Source: Ylistrum balloti
Lineage: Eukaryota
Length of the DNA stretch: 64,000 nucleotides
Assembly (NCBI RefSeq): GCF_031769215.1
Contig: NW_026781974.1
Coordinates: forward strand, 1,364,001 to 1,428,000
Reading direction: 5' to 3'
A program made the position numbers and the translations under genes. This document shows positions 39,484-51,945 of the stretch, piece after piece (positions within the stretch are counted from its first letter, which is position 1; each line of letters opens with the position of its first letter). The notes under the pieces are model-generated. The model searched no databases. It was not told the origin of the DNA and saw only the letters and a list, made by a program, of their open reading frames with translations.

Positions 39484-39882
39484 AAATTCTGTATTGACAG
39501 TAGAAGTCTGGCTATCAGCCCCTAATGTCTTAGAAAATTCTGTATTGACAGCAGTAGTCTGGCTATCAGCCCCTAATGTCATAGAAAATTCTGTATTGAC
39601 ATAAGAAGTCTGGCTATCAGCCCCTAATGTCTTAGAAAATTCTGTATTGACATAAGAAGTCTGGCTATCAGCCCCTAATGACTTAGAAATTTCTGTATTG
39701 ACAGTAGAAGTCTGGCTATCAGCCCCTAATGACTTAGAAAATTCTGTATTGACAGGAGTAGTCTGGCTATCAGTCCCTAATGACTTAGAAATTTCTGTAT
39801 TGACAGTAGAAGTCTGGCTATCAGCCCCTAATGACTTAGAAATTTCTGTATTGACAGTAGAAGTCTGGCTATCAGTCCCTAA
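39484..39882. repeat. Minisatellite, 51-bp unit AAATTCTGTATTGACAGTAGAAGTCTGGCTATCAGCCCCTAATGACTTAGA, 8 copies
   Basis: Gives the 17-aa periodic ORF 39409-39927. Confidence 0.95.
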
Positions 39883-41194
39883 GTTCCCTCTACAGCTGTA
39901 GCTTATTTCCCCTTGATTGAACATCATGAATCAGACATATCCATGAGATTAGAACTTTCATTGGATGATTTCTTCATAAATTCTACATTCTAGATACAAT
40001 GTCAGTTAAACCACTGTATCCAACAGACATATCAAGGACAAATAGTTCAACTTTATGGACCCAAGAGGCCCTGGACTCTGAAGGGATCTTAATTATCAGA
40101 TGGTGATCATTATTCTATATTGTTACCATCAAAAAATCTATCAGACAGTGATGTATATATATGCCCAGCTCAGATTACTGTTAACATGTTTTGTGGTAAC
40201 CAATATTTTTGTGCTGAAAGCGGTTGCACTAAAGCTTAATCTGCTTGGAATTGCAGCTTCAATGTTATTTAAAAGCTGATGACTATCAACATGGCACTTC
40301 ACCTAATTGTACAAATACAACACAAGTTAACTACAGAACAAAATTTCAGTGATCCAAAATAAGTTCATAGTAATGGTATTCAGAACATTGAAAGCTTATT
40401 CTTAATTTATCTTTTTTATTTCATTTTTTTTTTTTTTTTTTTTTGCCTATTTTCATAGGATATCACATTTTTTCCTGAAAAGGAATGCTAACTAAAACAC
40501 ATATATATATTTTCCCTCTGTGTGTAAAAAAAAAATGAGATAATTCCATTATTGAGCATGACTGGAAATAGGTAAAGAATGGTGTCCATAGGTATCTGAC
40601 AGTATAGAGTGAGATGGTATACATATTACGATTTATGAATTTATAGAAGGACCATAATAGCTATGTCATCATTTAGTTAAGTGCTCCACTGTTAGGAATG
40701 TTGTTACAGATAAATGATGTTTTCCACAAGGCTCTTACTGACCGACCTCAGGCAGACATATCCTTGTCCAGTTTACAGACCCATTTAAGATTCTATGACA
40801 GGTATAACTAGCAGTTCTGATATTAGTAAAGTTACAAAGGGCAAATCCACAAGAGTATTATATCATCATCATTGCAAGTGTTGGGCTCCACAATAGGATA
40901 CTGTCATTTTGATTTGGCTCAGTTGGCGAACGTTACCATTGGACTGGGCCATTTTCATTCATAAGTTTAGCTGGAAGGACCGGAGTTGTTCAACTTTTAG
41001 ATAAGAAGGGACTTAGTGATTTTATTCCATTTTCTCCTGAGCTTCGACTAAACCTTTCAAGGCTTGTATCAATAGCCGTAAGTCATTCCAAATTTATGCC
41101 TAAAATTCATATTACATTGAATGTGTCAATGAAAACAGTTTCTACACTTATGACTATACAGGCCAAGTGCACCACAAGGGAATATTTTCATTTT

Positions 41195-41484
41195 TGGTTG
41201 GACTCCATTGTTAAATATTATCATTGGGTTGGACTCCGTTGTTAAATATTATCATTGGGTTGGACTCCATTGCTAAATATAATCATCGGGTTGGACTCCA
41301 TTGTTAAATATTATCATTGAGTTGGAGACCATTGTTAAATATAATCATAGGGTTGGACTCCGTTATTAAATATTATCATCGGGTTGGACTCCGTTGTTAA
41401 ATATTATCATCGGGTTGGACTCCGTTGTTAAATATTATCATCGGGTTGGACTCCGTTGTTAAATATTATCATCGGGTTGGACTT
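41195..41484. repeat. Minisatellite, 31-bp unit GTTAAATATTATCATCGGGTTGGACTCCGTT, about 9 copies
   Basis: Period 31 at 41411/41442. Confidence 0.95.
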
Positions 41485-42902
41485 CATTGGCTGAATTTAT
41501 CATTGTTTGCACTTCACAACAGAATTTCACTTGAGGTTGATCAAATTGACTCCATAGACAACTATCATCAATGAGTTGGTCTCCAAAAAAAACAAACATC
41601 TTCCACTTTTGAAATTGGAAAGCTTCATCGGAAAATACTGTTACCATAAAATTAAGACTAATTTTCACCAGGAATTCAGTGGTGAACACACAAACTCTAC
41701 ATTGCAACAATGTGTATATCAATTAACTGCTGTTCAATAACCCATTACAAATACATTCTCCAGATCCTACTTGTTTTAATTACCCAAATATCACACCTGA
41801 ATGTCTGTTAACATTTAAATCCTTATCTTGTACACTACATAACACTCCCTATGTCTGTCAGCTTATATAAAATTCCAGTAATTCAAAGTCAAAGGTGTGT
41901 GGGAAATATTCATGAGTTAAATATTTAATGTAAAACCTGAAATTTTACCAGCAGAGAATTTCAACTCAATTACATTTTCCTCGTTAGCTTTATTGACCAC
42001 CATTCAGGAGAGAGTCAGATGGAAACAGCCTACCTAGTTGATAACACACATCGTGGACAAACAGAAAACTATATAGAGCCCAAGGGAGACTTGGAAACCA
42101 AGAAAATGAAAAAAAAAAACCATTCTATTGAATTTTCAAGTTACACCAAAAATAAGTGAACAACAGATGTTGCATGCCTATTAATAAATTTCACTAGAAA
42201 TTCTAATTCAAGACCAATAGCATAGTTCCAGAATTTGGCGAGACCATCAATAATTTTCAGGAGAAGCACAATAATTAAACATCAATTCTAATGAATATGG
42301 AAAGATTACAGGATAAAAGAAGAATTTTCAGCCTGGTTAAAGTCTAATTTAGGATTATCAGTCTGGGACCCTGGACAAGATTGCACATTGTCCTCACTCA
42401 TTTGCATAAAACTGTAACAGGCAGGCAATCTAACAGGTTGCTATGGTAACAAAACGGCTGAGCAATTTCAATGTTACACATATGACAAAAAGGACATCTG
42501 TCATGACAGTTCTAGGGACGGGATAACAATGATACCGTAACTGATGGAAATGCAGACATTTCAATGTAGCCAGAATAAACAGAACAGCTTAAACCTTTGT
42601 TTATTTAAGTGGTAGCTACTAAAATCACCAGTATCAATAACATTAGAGAAAATTTTGAAATTTAAAATGACATTCAATATATTCTGAGGTCAGATAAAAA
42701 CCAAGAGGAAAACACACTTTAAAAGCTACTTGCTTCGATCACCTCCATGCTTATGATTCACCAACTTGCCATCAAATTGAAGACATTTAAACATAAATTT
42801 TGCAAAGAGACAAAAAATAAAGAAATGAAATTTGAAATAAGTTAACACAAAGCGTGACATTATCCCCTGTGCACTGCTGTTTAAGTGAAAGACACACAAT
42901 CG

Positions 42903-42929
42903 TATATATATATATATATATATATATAT
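42903..42929. repeat. (TA)n microsatellite
   Basis: Directly visible. Confidence 0.95.
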
Positions 42930-42949
42930 TACTGTTACAATACATTGAA

Positions 42950-43520
42950 TTTCTATGTGTTATTTATAATTGTTCCATGCAAAGTATTGAAATGGAGTAC
43001 TAGAGTACTGGCTTGATGCATGGACAAAGCTTTGAGTACTAGGTAATTACCTTGAATGGTTTGAGAGAACTGGTCTGAAAAAGCTGAACTTTGTGATTTG
43101 GCCTCTCTGTTTCCATGGTAACAGGAAAAGGTTTTAAATGGAGAATTTACCAATAAAAGATACTACTAGCTTCATAAGTGTAAAAAGTTTTGAGTACTGG
43201 TCCAGAAAAACTTAAATTTGTCATGAGGGTTATCTGTTTCCATGGTAACAGAAAAAAGATTTAACTAGGGCACTAACCTAATAAAGATAGAAAGTTTTGT
43301 TGAGTTGAGTTGAATGGTTTCAAAGTTGAAGCCCCTAAAGGAAAGTTAACACTAATTTTGTGCTTTTTAGGTATGTTTCCATGGTAACAGAAAAATATAA
43401 AAAAAGGAAATGTCATCAATAGCAAATGGCACAACTAGGGCACTAATTTAATATATACAACAAGTTTTGTGAAGTTGAGTGGATGGGTTTGAAGTTATAG
43501 GCTGGAAAAACCCTTGGACA
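42950..43520. mobile_element. Dispersed repeat with internal units containing TTTCCATGGTAACAG (3 copies) and CTAGGGCACTAA
   Basis: CCATGGTAACAG near 43115, 43240 and 43380; MITE-like internal repetition. Confidence 0.55.
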
Positions 43521-43588
43521 AAGGAACCAGGTTATAAATATGAAGGAACCAGGTTATAAATATGATCTTATCATTTCAGTGTACTTAC

Positions 43589-43669
43589 GTGATTACATGG
43601 GATAAATAATTGCGGGATCGGTTTCTGCGTGTCGTTGTGTTGTCATCTAAGAGAACTTCTAGCTTGTGA
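43589..43669 (-). CDS. IQCJ: 81-nt IQCJ-like exon (HKLEVLLDDNTTTRRNRSRNYLSHVIT), supplies the first half of the IQ helix
   Basis: Acceptor (T)19 GCAG|, donor AC|GTAAGT, phase 2/2. Only the phase-2 frame is open, and it joins in frame to 22677 (AC|T ATA CAA AGA GCA TGG). Aligns without gaps to human IQCJ as I recall it ([36 protein letters not shown]). Confidence 0.8.
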
Positions 43670-44224
43670 CTGCAAAAAAAAAAAAAAAAATAATACTAAT
43701 AGAGAAATGAAAATCTTTACACTTCTAGCAGAGATATACATACATTAGGATAAGAAAGGCATTTTTCTGTATGAAAATCTCATAAATATATTATACTTAC
43801 CTGAGTATAACCACATATGATATGATAAAGTACAAAATGTCTTACATTTATAGCTAAAACATTTTACAGGTTGTTGCTACAGTCTGGGCAATCTACCAGA
43901 GTATATCGATTTCAAACTTATTATTCCTCCATTTCAAAAACGAAATTTCATTTCAAAGTTAATCAAATTTATGATTAAATTGCAACTAATATTTCTTTTC
44001 TTTTTTTTTTTTTTAAATTTTCATATCGCACCTGTGTAACCTTGAAAGTAAGTCAGGGTCACAGGTACCAATAGAGGTGGTATTGTAAAAGGAATAGTAC
44101 AGTATCTTCAAATCAAATTGTAATCAAATTATGACTGAAATACCATCTGGTCCACGCTGATTCTTTTAACTAAATATAAACTTTATTTTACAGCAACTGC
44201 AAAACAAGCTATAAACTTACAGCA

Positions 44225-44396
44225 ATCACTCTTGTTTGTCTAGATTGAAACAAGTCATGGGTCTTACTGTGAGAGGAGAACAGAATACCTAGGAAAACCC
44301 ACATGATTGAGCAGGTGACCCTTGTACTTTTTAATCTACACTGAGGGAATCAAACCCCTGACATCTAGGTGAAAGGCAAGTGCACCACCTGACCAC
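44225..44396 (-). mobile_element. tRNA-derived SINE with V-domain-like core
   Basis: Minus strand: A-box-like GTGGTCAGGTGG, B-box-like GGTTTGATTCCC, then GTGGGTTTTCCTAGGTATTCTGTTCTCCTCTCACA resembling the V-SINE core GGGTTTTCTCCGGGTACTCCGGTTTCCTCCCACA. Confidence 0.6.
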
Positions 44397-46078
44397 AAAA
44401 TTTTTTTTTAACTCTATCACTGGATTAAACTGTCTGTTACTTTATCAATACTGTGTTAATCCTGCAAGCCATGTGGGCTAAAACATTATCTCTGACTCCA
44501 AGGCAAGAGATGGGCTTAATACAGGACCTCAAGTAACCCACACATCAACTTGGACTCAAACAGAAGAGAAGGGCTTATTTCAGGACTACAAACTTCATTT
44601 AGTGGTAATTCTATCGGGACGAAATGGTTATAGCTTATTATCAGATATGGAATTATTGCTGGATAAATATGGTTATCACTCAAATGACTTGAGGTCTGAT
44701 GGTTCAGTAGAAGATGTTTAAATGGAAAATGATGATGGTAGGATATTATAAGTTCACGGGTAATTAATTCTTAGTGAAATAAAATCATAAAATAATTGCA
44801 TTTATTAACTTATTAACAGTGATTTGTCCAATAGTATGTCATCAAACATAATACTGCAACATCATTAATTTTCGTGGGGGTGGTGTAGTCAAATTTCACA
44901 AAATGGATACTGTCCAGAAACTGTAAAATGAAGTGTAAGTAGACTTATTGAGCTATATTTAATCATGAATTGGCATTTTCAGAAAGTGTAACATTAAAGT
45001 AGATTTGTTGAGCTGTTTCATCCATGAAATCAAGTGTCCACTTTTTTTTAACTACAAAAATTAAGTCCCACAAAAACATGTAATGTTACAGTAAACACAA
45101 ATGCAATTTTAACTATGATATTCAAATCCTAAAATGAAAACTGACACCTTGTATAACTTCTATGTTTAATGAGATGTGTACAGAACTTTACGAAGGCAAA
45201 ACATTTATAGAATGTAGTTTTTTCAGGTCAATACAAGAGTTTAGAAAGAAGTGATTATTTGCAAGTTGAAAACTCTCACAAATACACCGCCAGAGTACTT
45301 GTATTCTAATGTAATAAGCACATTAAGTTGTTACCAGTCTCTCAGACATAAGAACACTTATGGTCTGTAAACATTTTGCCAATATATTCAACTTCACCTT
45401 GTGTCAGGTAATAAATATAGAATATAATAACTAATGCATGGTTTCCTAGTGAAATATTGATGTTTCACAGGTGTTGCAAATATGTCTGCATGAGTTTAAA
45501 AAATATACCAGGATAAACAACATATACACTTACATATACTTATGAACTAGTGATTTGGACATATTCAGGTGACATATATATCTTACTTGTTCAAAATAGA
45601 AGAAATTTGATTTTTGTCCTTTTTTCTTTCTATTTTACTTTCTATTGAACTGGAAAGTAATACCATGACTAAAATATTATTTTGGTAAAGACCGATGTCA
45701 CCTCTTCGGAAATCTTACATAACCATATATATATATATATACCACTGAGACAATGGAATTTAACAAAATATTGTCTGTTTCTAAAATAAATGCAAAGTTT
45801 TTATAACTTTGATGTTTTATTACGTTGTATCAATCATATCTTTATTCTTTCCTGTAACAAATTCATGTGCCTAAGAAATCATATTAAATCTTTTTTTTTA
45901 AACTATAAAATGCCTATGGAAACCCGTAACTAATCATGTGATAAATATGATTCAATGGCAGTATGGGGTAATTATGAACCCAATCTATTAAGAGGTTTTC
46001 AAAAATATAGTGTGGTACTGATTTAGAATGTGGACAAGAACGACATTAGTTACACTAGTTACCTCATAAAAATAGAGG

Positions 46079-46120
46079 GGGAGTGGGGGAGTGGGGGGGG
46101 GGGGGGGGGGGGGGGGAGGG
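46079..46120. repeat. Poly-G tract (24 consecutive G, 46093-46116)
   Basis: Directly visible. Confidence 0.9.
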
Positions 46121-48039
46121 TACAAATAATAAAATATCCTGCATAGTCAGATTGATTAGATAGGAAATGATACACGAAACCAATCACTACATAATACTGT
46201 GGTAGGTACACCTGGTCTACACTACCAAATCTTTATCTATACAGAAAGTTAAGCCTGGGCATTAATGGGTCTCATTAATGTTCCCGAATTCAGGTTTGGT
46301 CATTAGCTAATGTAGAGGCCATGTCTCAGGTTATACATACCCATCTAACTAAGACTGGATATTCAATAACAACAGTGAAAACAAATGTAATATCAGATGT
46401 TACCCTGTGTGCATAGATAATAAGCCCGCAAGCCTTCTGATCTAGCTTACTTATTGCTCTACCTATAAGTAAATGGTGAACAAGTTTAGCTTTGGCTTTA
46501 AGTATATCATTCTTTCTTTTAACTTAATACCAGAACGTTTATTAATTACCCCTTCAATTAAAAACCCTTCCTGAAATATCGGTCTCAGTAGGATCTGTTA
46601 TATCATGAAACCTTTTTACACTTCATCACAGGATTCTGTACATAGTAAAGCTCAGTTCTAAAGTCAAGTACATTAAATTTTTGTTTAAAAAGTTAAAATT
46701 ATTTACTACAGTGTATAATTGTAAGCACTCAGCCACAGACATGTATCTATGTACTGTTACCCAATGTCAGATAAGTTCCTATGCGCGAATTACAAACCAA
46801 ACTAGAAACGTCTCAAGTATCTTAAATATGGATAAGTATCATAGTTTGATGATTAGCAGAAGTTGTTAAATGTGATCTGTGACCCTTTATCATTGACCAC
46901 CTGAATGTGGTTCTGGGTTCTAATGGGTTCTGATACCATATTTAAGTCAATAAACTTTTGAGAAATAGTGACCAAACAGTATAAACAGTATGTCTGTCAT
47001 AACTTTTAAGATGTACACAAATTACAACCATGACATTCTGGTGACATCACAAACCAGGCCTCAATTACCACACACAGATTGTAAACATGATAGATTTGTA
47101 GATACGGTAAAAAGTTGTCCCCACACTTACCCTCATTATACCCATGACACCACAAAGCAAGGTCAAAGTTCTCACATCTAAAGGTCAAGGTCAGTCAAGT
47201 GGTAAAACCACAACCACCATGCATGACAGTCCCTATAGCCTAGAGTCAGCATGTAAGGATCTGTATACTGATATGTCTGTCTTCCAGTTCATAGAGTTTA
47301 TACAAATGCCACAAAGTCTGTCTGACCAGTCTATTGTACCTCATACCAAAGTATGTTCAATAATAAGAATATCCTGCTAACTTCAACTACTCTGTTGACT
47401 TCAGACACAAATTAACAGAGTCAATTAAATTTTATAAAGACATATATAAACAGTACAATATAAAGTAATGACTTCACAGTGACTTATGCAAAGACACGAA
47501 AACAAAATGTAGACCTACTGTATAGAGGTCCATTAAAATTAACCATACTTTGAACAAAAGAACCAAAAAATAAAGGCCAGAACCAGCCCCAAAAAGGCTT
47601 AACAGCTTAATGATATATCTGTGTAAACATTTCTTCTTGACAATGCTTCATTAACAGCCAACCACTTTGAAATTACCTCCCCGAAACTATAGCTTAATGT
47701 CTGTGGACATTACAAGTATACGATTATATATCTTGATTAAGTTAAAATTTTCTTTAACTTACCTACAGATCTTTAAATGAATGTGTAAACCAGGTGACAG
47801 AGTAGTAGGTATGACACAATGGGAGAAATATAGTATCTGTTACCCCTTCACCTGCTCCATTCATAATCACCACTCAACTATACCATTCATTCAGATTTTC
47901 CGGCCAGCAGCATCAGTGTGTAACGCAATGAATAATGAATGGTTTCCGCATTGACTTGCAAAGAACACAATAATAACATATCCTCTTTATCTACCTGGCT
48001 AACCTGAATTATATACTCCATCACTACAGACAGAGTACA

Positions 48040-48270
48040 CGTGGAGTGAGAACTGGAAGGGGCCCATATCATGTAGCGGGGTCACTATAGGTATAGCACA
48101 GGTGGAGTGAGAACTGGAAGGGGCAATGTCAGGTAGCAGGGCCTCTACAGGTACAGCACAGGCAGAGTGAGAACTGGAAGGGGCTATGTCATATAGCAGG
48201 GCCTATACAGGCAGAGTGAAAACTGGAAGGGGCAATGTCATGTAGTAGGGCCTCTCCAGGCAGAGGGAAA
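48040..48270. repeat. Degenerate tandem repeat, about 45-60 bp (GAGTGAGAACTGGAAGGGGC..), 4 copies
   Basis: GAGTGAGAACTGGAAGGGG-like motif recurs 4 times. Confidence 0.8.
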
Positions 48271-48284
48271 ACATTTGAGGCAGC

Positions 48285-48890
48285 AAGAGAAGGGATATCA
48301 CAATGTCATCACAGGTTATAGGCAGCAAGGGAAGGGATAGGTCAAACATCAATGTAGGTTATAGGCAGCAAGGGAAGGGATTGATCAAACATCAATGTAG
48401 GTTATAGGCAGCAAGGGAAGGGATAGGTCAAACATCAATGTAGGTTATAGGCAGCAAGGGAAGGGATAGGTCAAACATCAATGTAGGTTATAGGCACCAA
48501 GGTAAGGGATAGGTCAAACACCAATGTAGGTTATAGGCAGCAAGGGAAGGGATAGGTCAAACATCAATGTAGGTTATAGGCAGCAAGGGAAGGGATAGGT
48601 CAAACATCAATGTAGGTTATAGGCAGCAAGGAAAGGGGTAGGTCAAACACCAATGTAGGTTATAGGCAGCACCAATGTAGGTTATAGGCAGCAAGGGGTA
48701 GGTCAATGTAGGTTATAGGCAGCAAGGGAAGGGGTAGGTCAAACATCAATGTAGGTTATAGGCAGCAAGGGAAGGGATAGGTCAAACATCAATGTAGGTT
48801 ATAGGCAGCAAGGGAAGGGATAGGTCAAACATCAATGTAGGTTATAGGCAGCAAGGGAAGGGATAGGTCAAACATCAATGTAGGTTATAG
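48285..48890. repeat. Minisatellite, 43-bp unit TAGGTTATAGGCAGCAAGGGAAGGGATAGGTCAAACATCAATG, about 14 copies
   Basis: Period 43 at 48421/48464. Confidence 0.95.
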
Positions 48891-49222
48891 GGGATGGATC
48901 TTCATGTCACTGTAGGTTACAGGGGATGGATTACAATGTCACTGTAGGTTACAGGGGATGGATCACAATGTCACTGTAGGTTACAGGGGATGGATCACAA
49001 TGTCACTGTAGGTTACAGGGGATGGATCACAATGTCACTGTAGGTTACATGGGATGGATCACAATGTCACTGTAGGTTACAGGGGATGAATCACAATGTC
49101 ACTGTAGGTTACAGGGGATGGATCACAATGTCACTGTAGGTCACAGGGGATGGATCACAATGTCACTGTAGGTTACAGGGGATGGATCACAATGTCACTG
49201 TAGGTTACATGGGATGGATAAC
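48890..49222. repeat. Minisatellite, 32-bp unit GGGGATGGATCACAATGTCACTGTAGGTTACA, about 10 copies
   Basis: Directly visible. Confidence 0.95.
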
Positions 49223-49229
49223 TCTGTTA

Positions 49230-49540
49230 CAGGTAACAGGCAGTATAGGAGGTGGTTCTGTCACAGTGGGTAACAGGCAGCATGAGTGGGCCCTGTGTCA
49301 CAGTATGTAACAGGGAGCATGAGAGGGCCCTATGTCACAGTATGTAACAAGCAGCATGAGAGGGCCCTGTGTCACAGTATGTAACAGGCAGCATGGGAGG
49401 GCCCTGAATCACAGTATGTAACAGGCAGCATGGGGATGCCCTGTGTCACGTTATGTAACAGGCAGCATGGGAGGTCCCTGTGTCTCAGTATGTAACAGGC
49501 AGTAATTACGAGGGTGCTGTATCACAGTAAATTACAGGCA
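49230..49540. repeat. Minisatellite, 37-bp unit CACAGTATGTAACAGGCAGCATGGGAGGGCCCTGTGT, about 8 copies
   Basis: Period 37 at 49336/49373. Confidence 0.9.
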
Positions 49541-50114
49541 TCTTAGGGCTCCTGTACTTTGTGTCAGAGTAGGTAACTTGTCGAATGCTGTGTTAAAATA
49601 GGTTGAAATCAGCTTGGAGGGCATTCTGTCATAGAAGGTTACAGATAGTATAGGACGGGGTTGTGTACAGTAGGTTACAGCTAGCATGGGAACGTGTTGT
49701 GTCTTATTAAGGTTACAGGGAGCTGCCTTAAAATCTATTAATGTCACAGTTAGACGCTCACAATAAAAGGTAACTGAAGTCACTATCAGACAGGATATAG
49801 CCTTAACAGTTAAAAACCTGTCTAACTGAAATCTATAGGTGAGCTAAAAATGATTTGGTTAATATTGTTACTGAGATGTTCCTTAGATAACCTTTTCTTC
49901 TGGTCTGGGTATCTAAGACCGTCCACATATTTTGTTTCTGTCTAACTTGGAAACAAACACATTAAATCAACCAAGCATTAGATATCTTAAATTATAAAAC
50001 TCAGAAAAGCTGAATCGCTTCTGCTGACTTTATCTTCAATAATTTAACTGAGAACACATCTTGATAATACACAATGTCATATAAATACAGTGTAACAAAT
50101 ACAAGTTAACTTAC

Positions 50115-50144
50115 TTGATGGTGGCAACTGTATCATTCCTCTTT
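50115..50144 (-). CDS. Candidate 30-nt upstream exon of the IQCJ-SCHIP1-like gene (KRNDTVATIN), phase 2/2
   Basis: Donor AA|GTAAGT supplies AA|T = Asn before HKL, as in recalled human IQCJ (..FEN|HQL). The acceptor TTTTTCACCTAAAACAG is only moderate, so the 5' boundary is uncertain. Confidence 0.45.
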
Positions 50145-50754
50145 CTGTTTTAGGTGAAAAATTCAAATAACAGATCTTCAGAATCTCTATGAGAACTAAA
50201 TCACATGATTTGATTTCAAATGGATCGACTGCCAGATCAGCCCTTGTACAGATAAGAAGCAACACCAGAATAAATATTTTGCATGCTTGACAGATGATGC
50301 AACTGTATACATTCTGTAGGATATTAAACCTGCCCATTTACTCTACAAATCAATACCTTACATCCGTTCACAATAAGATAACATTTTCTTTTTAGTAGTT
50401 GAACACAGACGGGTTTTTTTTAATAAAATCAGAACAGAACAATTTTTGATTGGAACAATCTTTTTGGAAATCAGAGAAAGATTTATAATCACTTCAGTGG
50501 TATTGTTTGATTGGTGTAATATTACAATATTTTAGAAACAACAAGCCCTGAGGGGGTTTTAAGTCTGTAGTTATGGATATGATTTCATAGCTGTTTTGTA
50601 AAACTCATCTTATGTAGCATTTACATAATTCTCAGCATAACGCTCATCTCTGGTGCCTCTTTTTAATTCCTAGCATGGGCTTATTAGTGATAATATGGTA
50701 CATGATCTGAATATTTATAGAAACTATAGGGAATGGAATATTAACACCAAGACT

Positions 50755-50800
50755 CTCCTCTGGTTGGCGCAGTGGTAATGCACCTCACCTTTCACCTAAC
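50755..50800 (+). mobile_element. tRNA-like SINE head fragment
   Basis: TGGTTGGCGCAGTGGTAATGCACCTCACCTTTCACC (A-box-like); similar to the head of 44225-44396. Confidence 0.45.
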
Positions 50801-51027
50801 CATCCACACCAAGAGCAGATTAATATAAGCTGAATGCTTGTTTCACAATTGTTGTGAAATAAATAAAGTTTATAAAGCATCAACACTGATATTCTAGAAC
50901 GCATCACAACTACCAAATATCTCAAATACAAGTTGACCTTGATTATATAGTGTGACCTTGGTTTATTGGAGGCACCAACCTTAAATGGCTGAAATGACAT
51001 GGAATAATCCATCCCAAACATCCCCAT

Positions 51028-51420
51028 GCCTAGCTGTTATATCTAATAACCACCCCCATCACACACCTAGCTGTTATATCTGATAACCACCCCCATCACA
51101 CACCTTGCTGTTATATCTGATAACCACCCCGATCACACACCTCGCTGTTATATATAATAACCACCCCCATCACACACCTAGCTCTTACATCTGATAACCA
51201 CCCCCATCACACACCTCGCTGTTATATCTAATAACCACCCCCATCACACACCACGCTGTTATATCTGATAACCACCCCCATCACACACCTCGCTGTTATA
51301 ACCACCTTCATCACACACCTAGCTGTTATATCTAATAACCACCCCCATCACACACCTAGCTGTTATATCTGATAACCACCCCCATCACACACCAAGCTGT
51401 TACACACCTAGCTGTCTCAC
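51028..51420. repeat. Minisatellite, 37-bp unit CTAGCTGTTATATCTGATAACCACCCCCATCACACAC, about 10 copies
   Basis: Directly visible. Confidence 0.95.
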
Positions 51421-51945
51421 ACCTATAGTTCTTGTATCTAACAATCATTTCAATCACACACATGGCTTGTTAAGATCAGACAACAACCTCATTGCAATCC
51501 CAACTTGTAGATCTGATAACCACCTTTTCCACATCTAGCCTGCATATTAACACCAAATCACATATATTAATTGCATTTTGCCTTTTGATATTAAATGCAC
51601 AGAAAGCAATATAAAATGACACATTTCCTGATACAGCAATATCAATGTGAATTAAATTGCCTTGAGTCAGTCTACATGTAAACCAATGCAATGTAACAAT
51701 AAAAGTAAATTTTGTAGATGTGAAGCATGAAAGTTTTCTTTTCAGAGAAATTGATTTGTGAAGCAGTGCTAGGAATATATGAACAATCAGTAAAACAGAT
51801 CAGGTCGTAGAGCCTAAACTATTATTCATATGATATACCCTAAATACAAGCTGTTCTCAACATGGTTTTTACAATATGATAAAAAGGGTTAAAAAGACAT
51901 TAGTAGAGGATTTTTGTGATTTTAGAGAAATATTCAATATCTTAC

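Noticed and set aside
39409-39927. 172-aa Ser/Thr-rich, mucin-like 17-aa repeat ORF on the gene strand
   Set aside because: Unit differences I checked are all non-synonymous and no convincing splice sites flank it; a 51-bp array that is open by chance.
47131-47188. Strong minus-strand donor GG|GTAAGT at 47130 with upstream ATGs
   Set aside because: Open frames end in phase 0 or 1, not the phase 2 needed for the 43669 acceptor, and it lies in AGGTCA-rich repeat-like sequence.
50077-50337. 86-aa minus-strand ORF covering the 50115 donor
   Set aside because: In this frame the donor is phase 1, which hits a stop in the next exon; only the short phase-2 reading is compatible.
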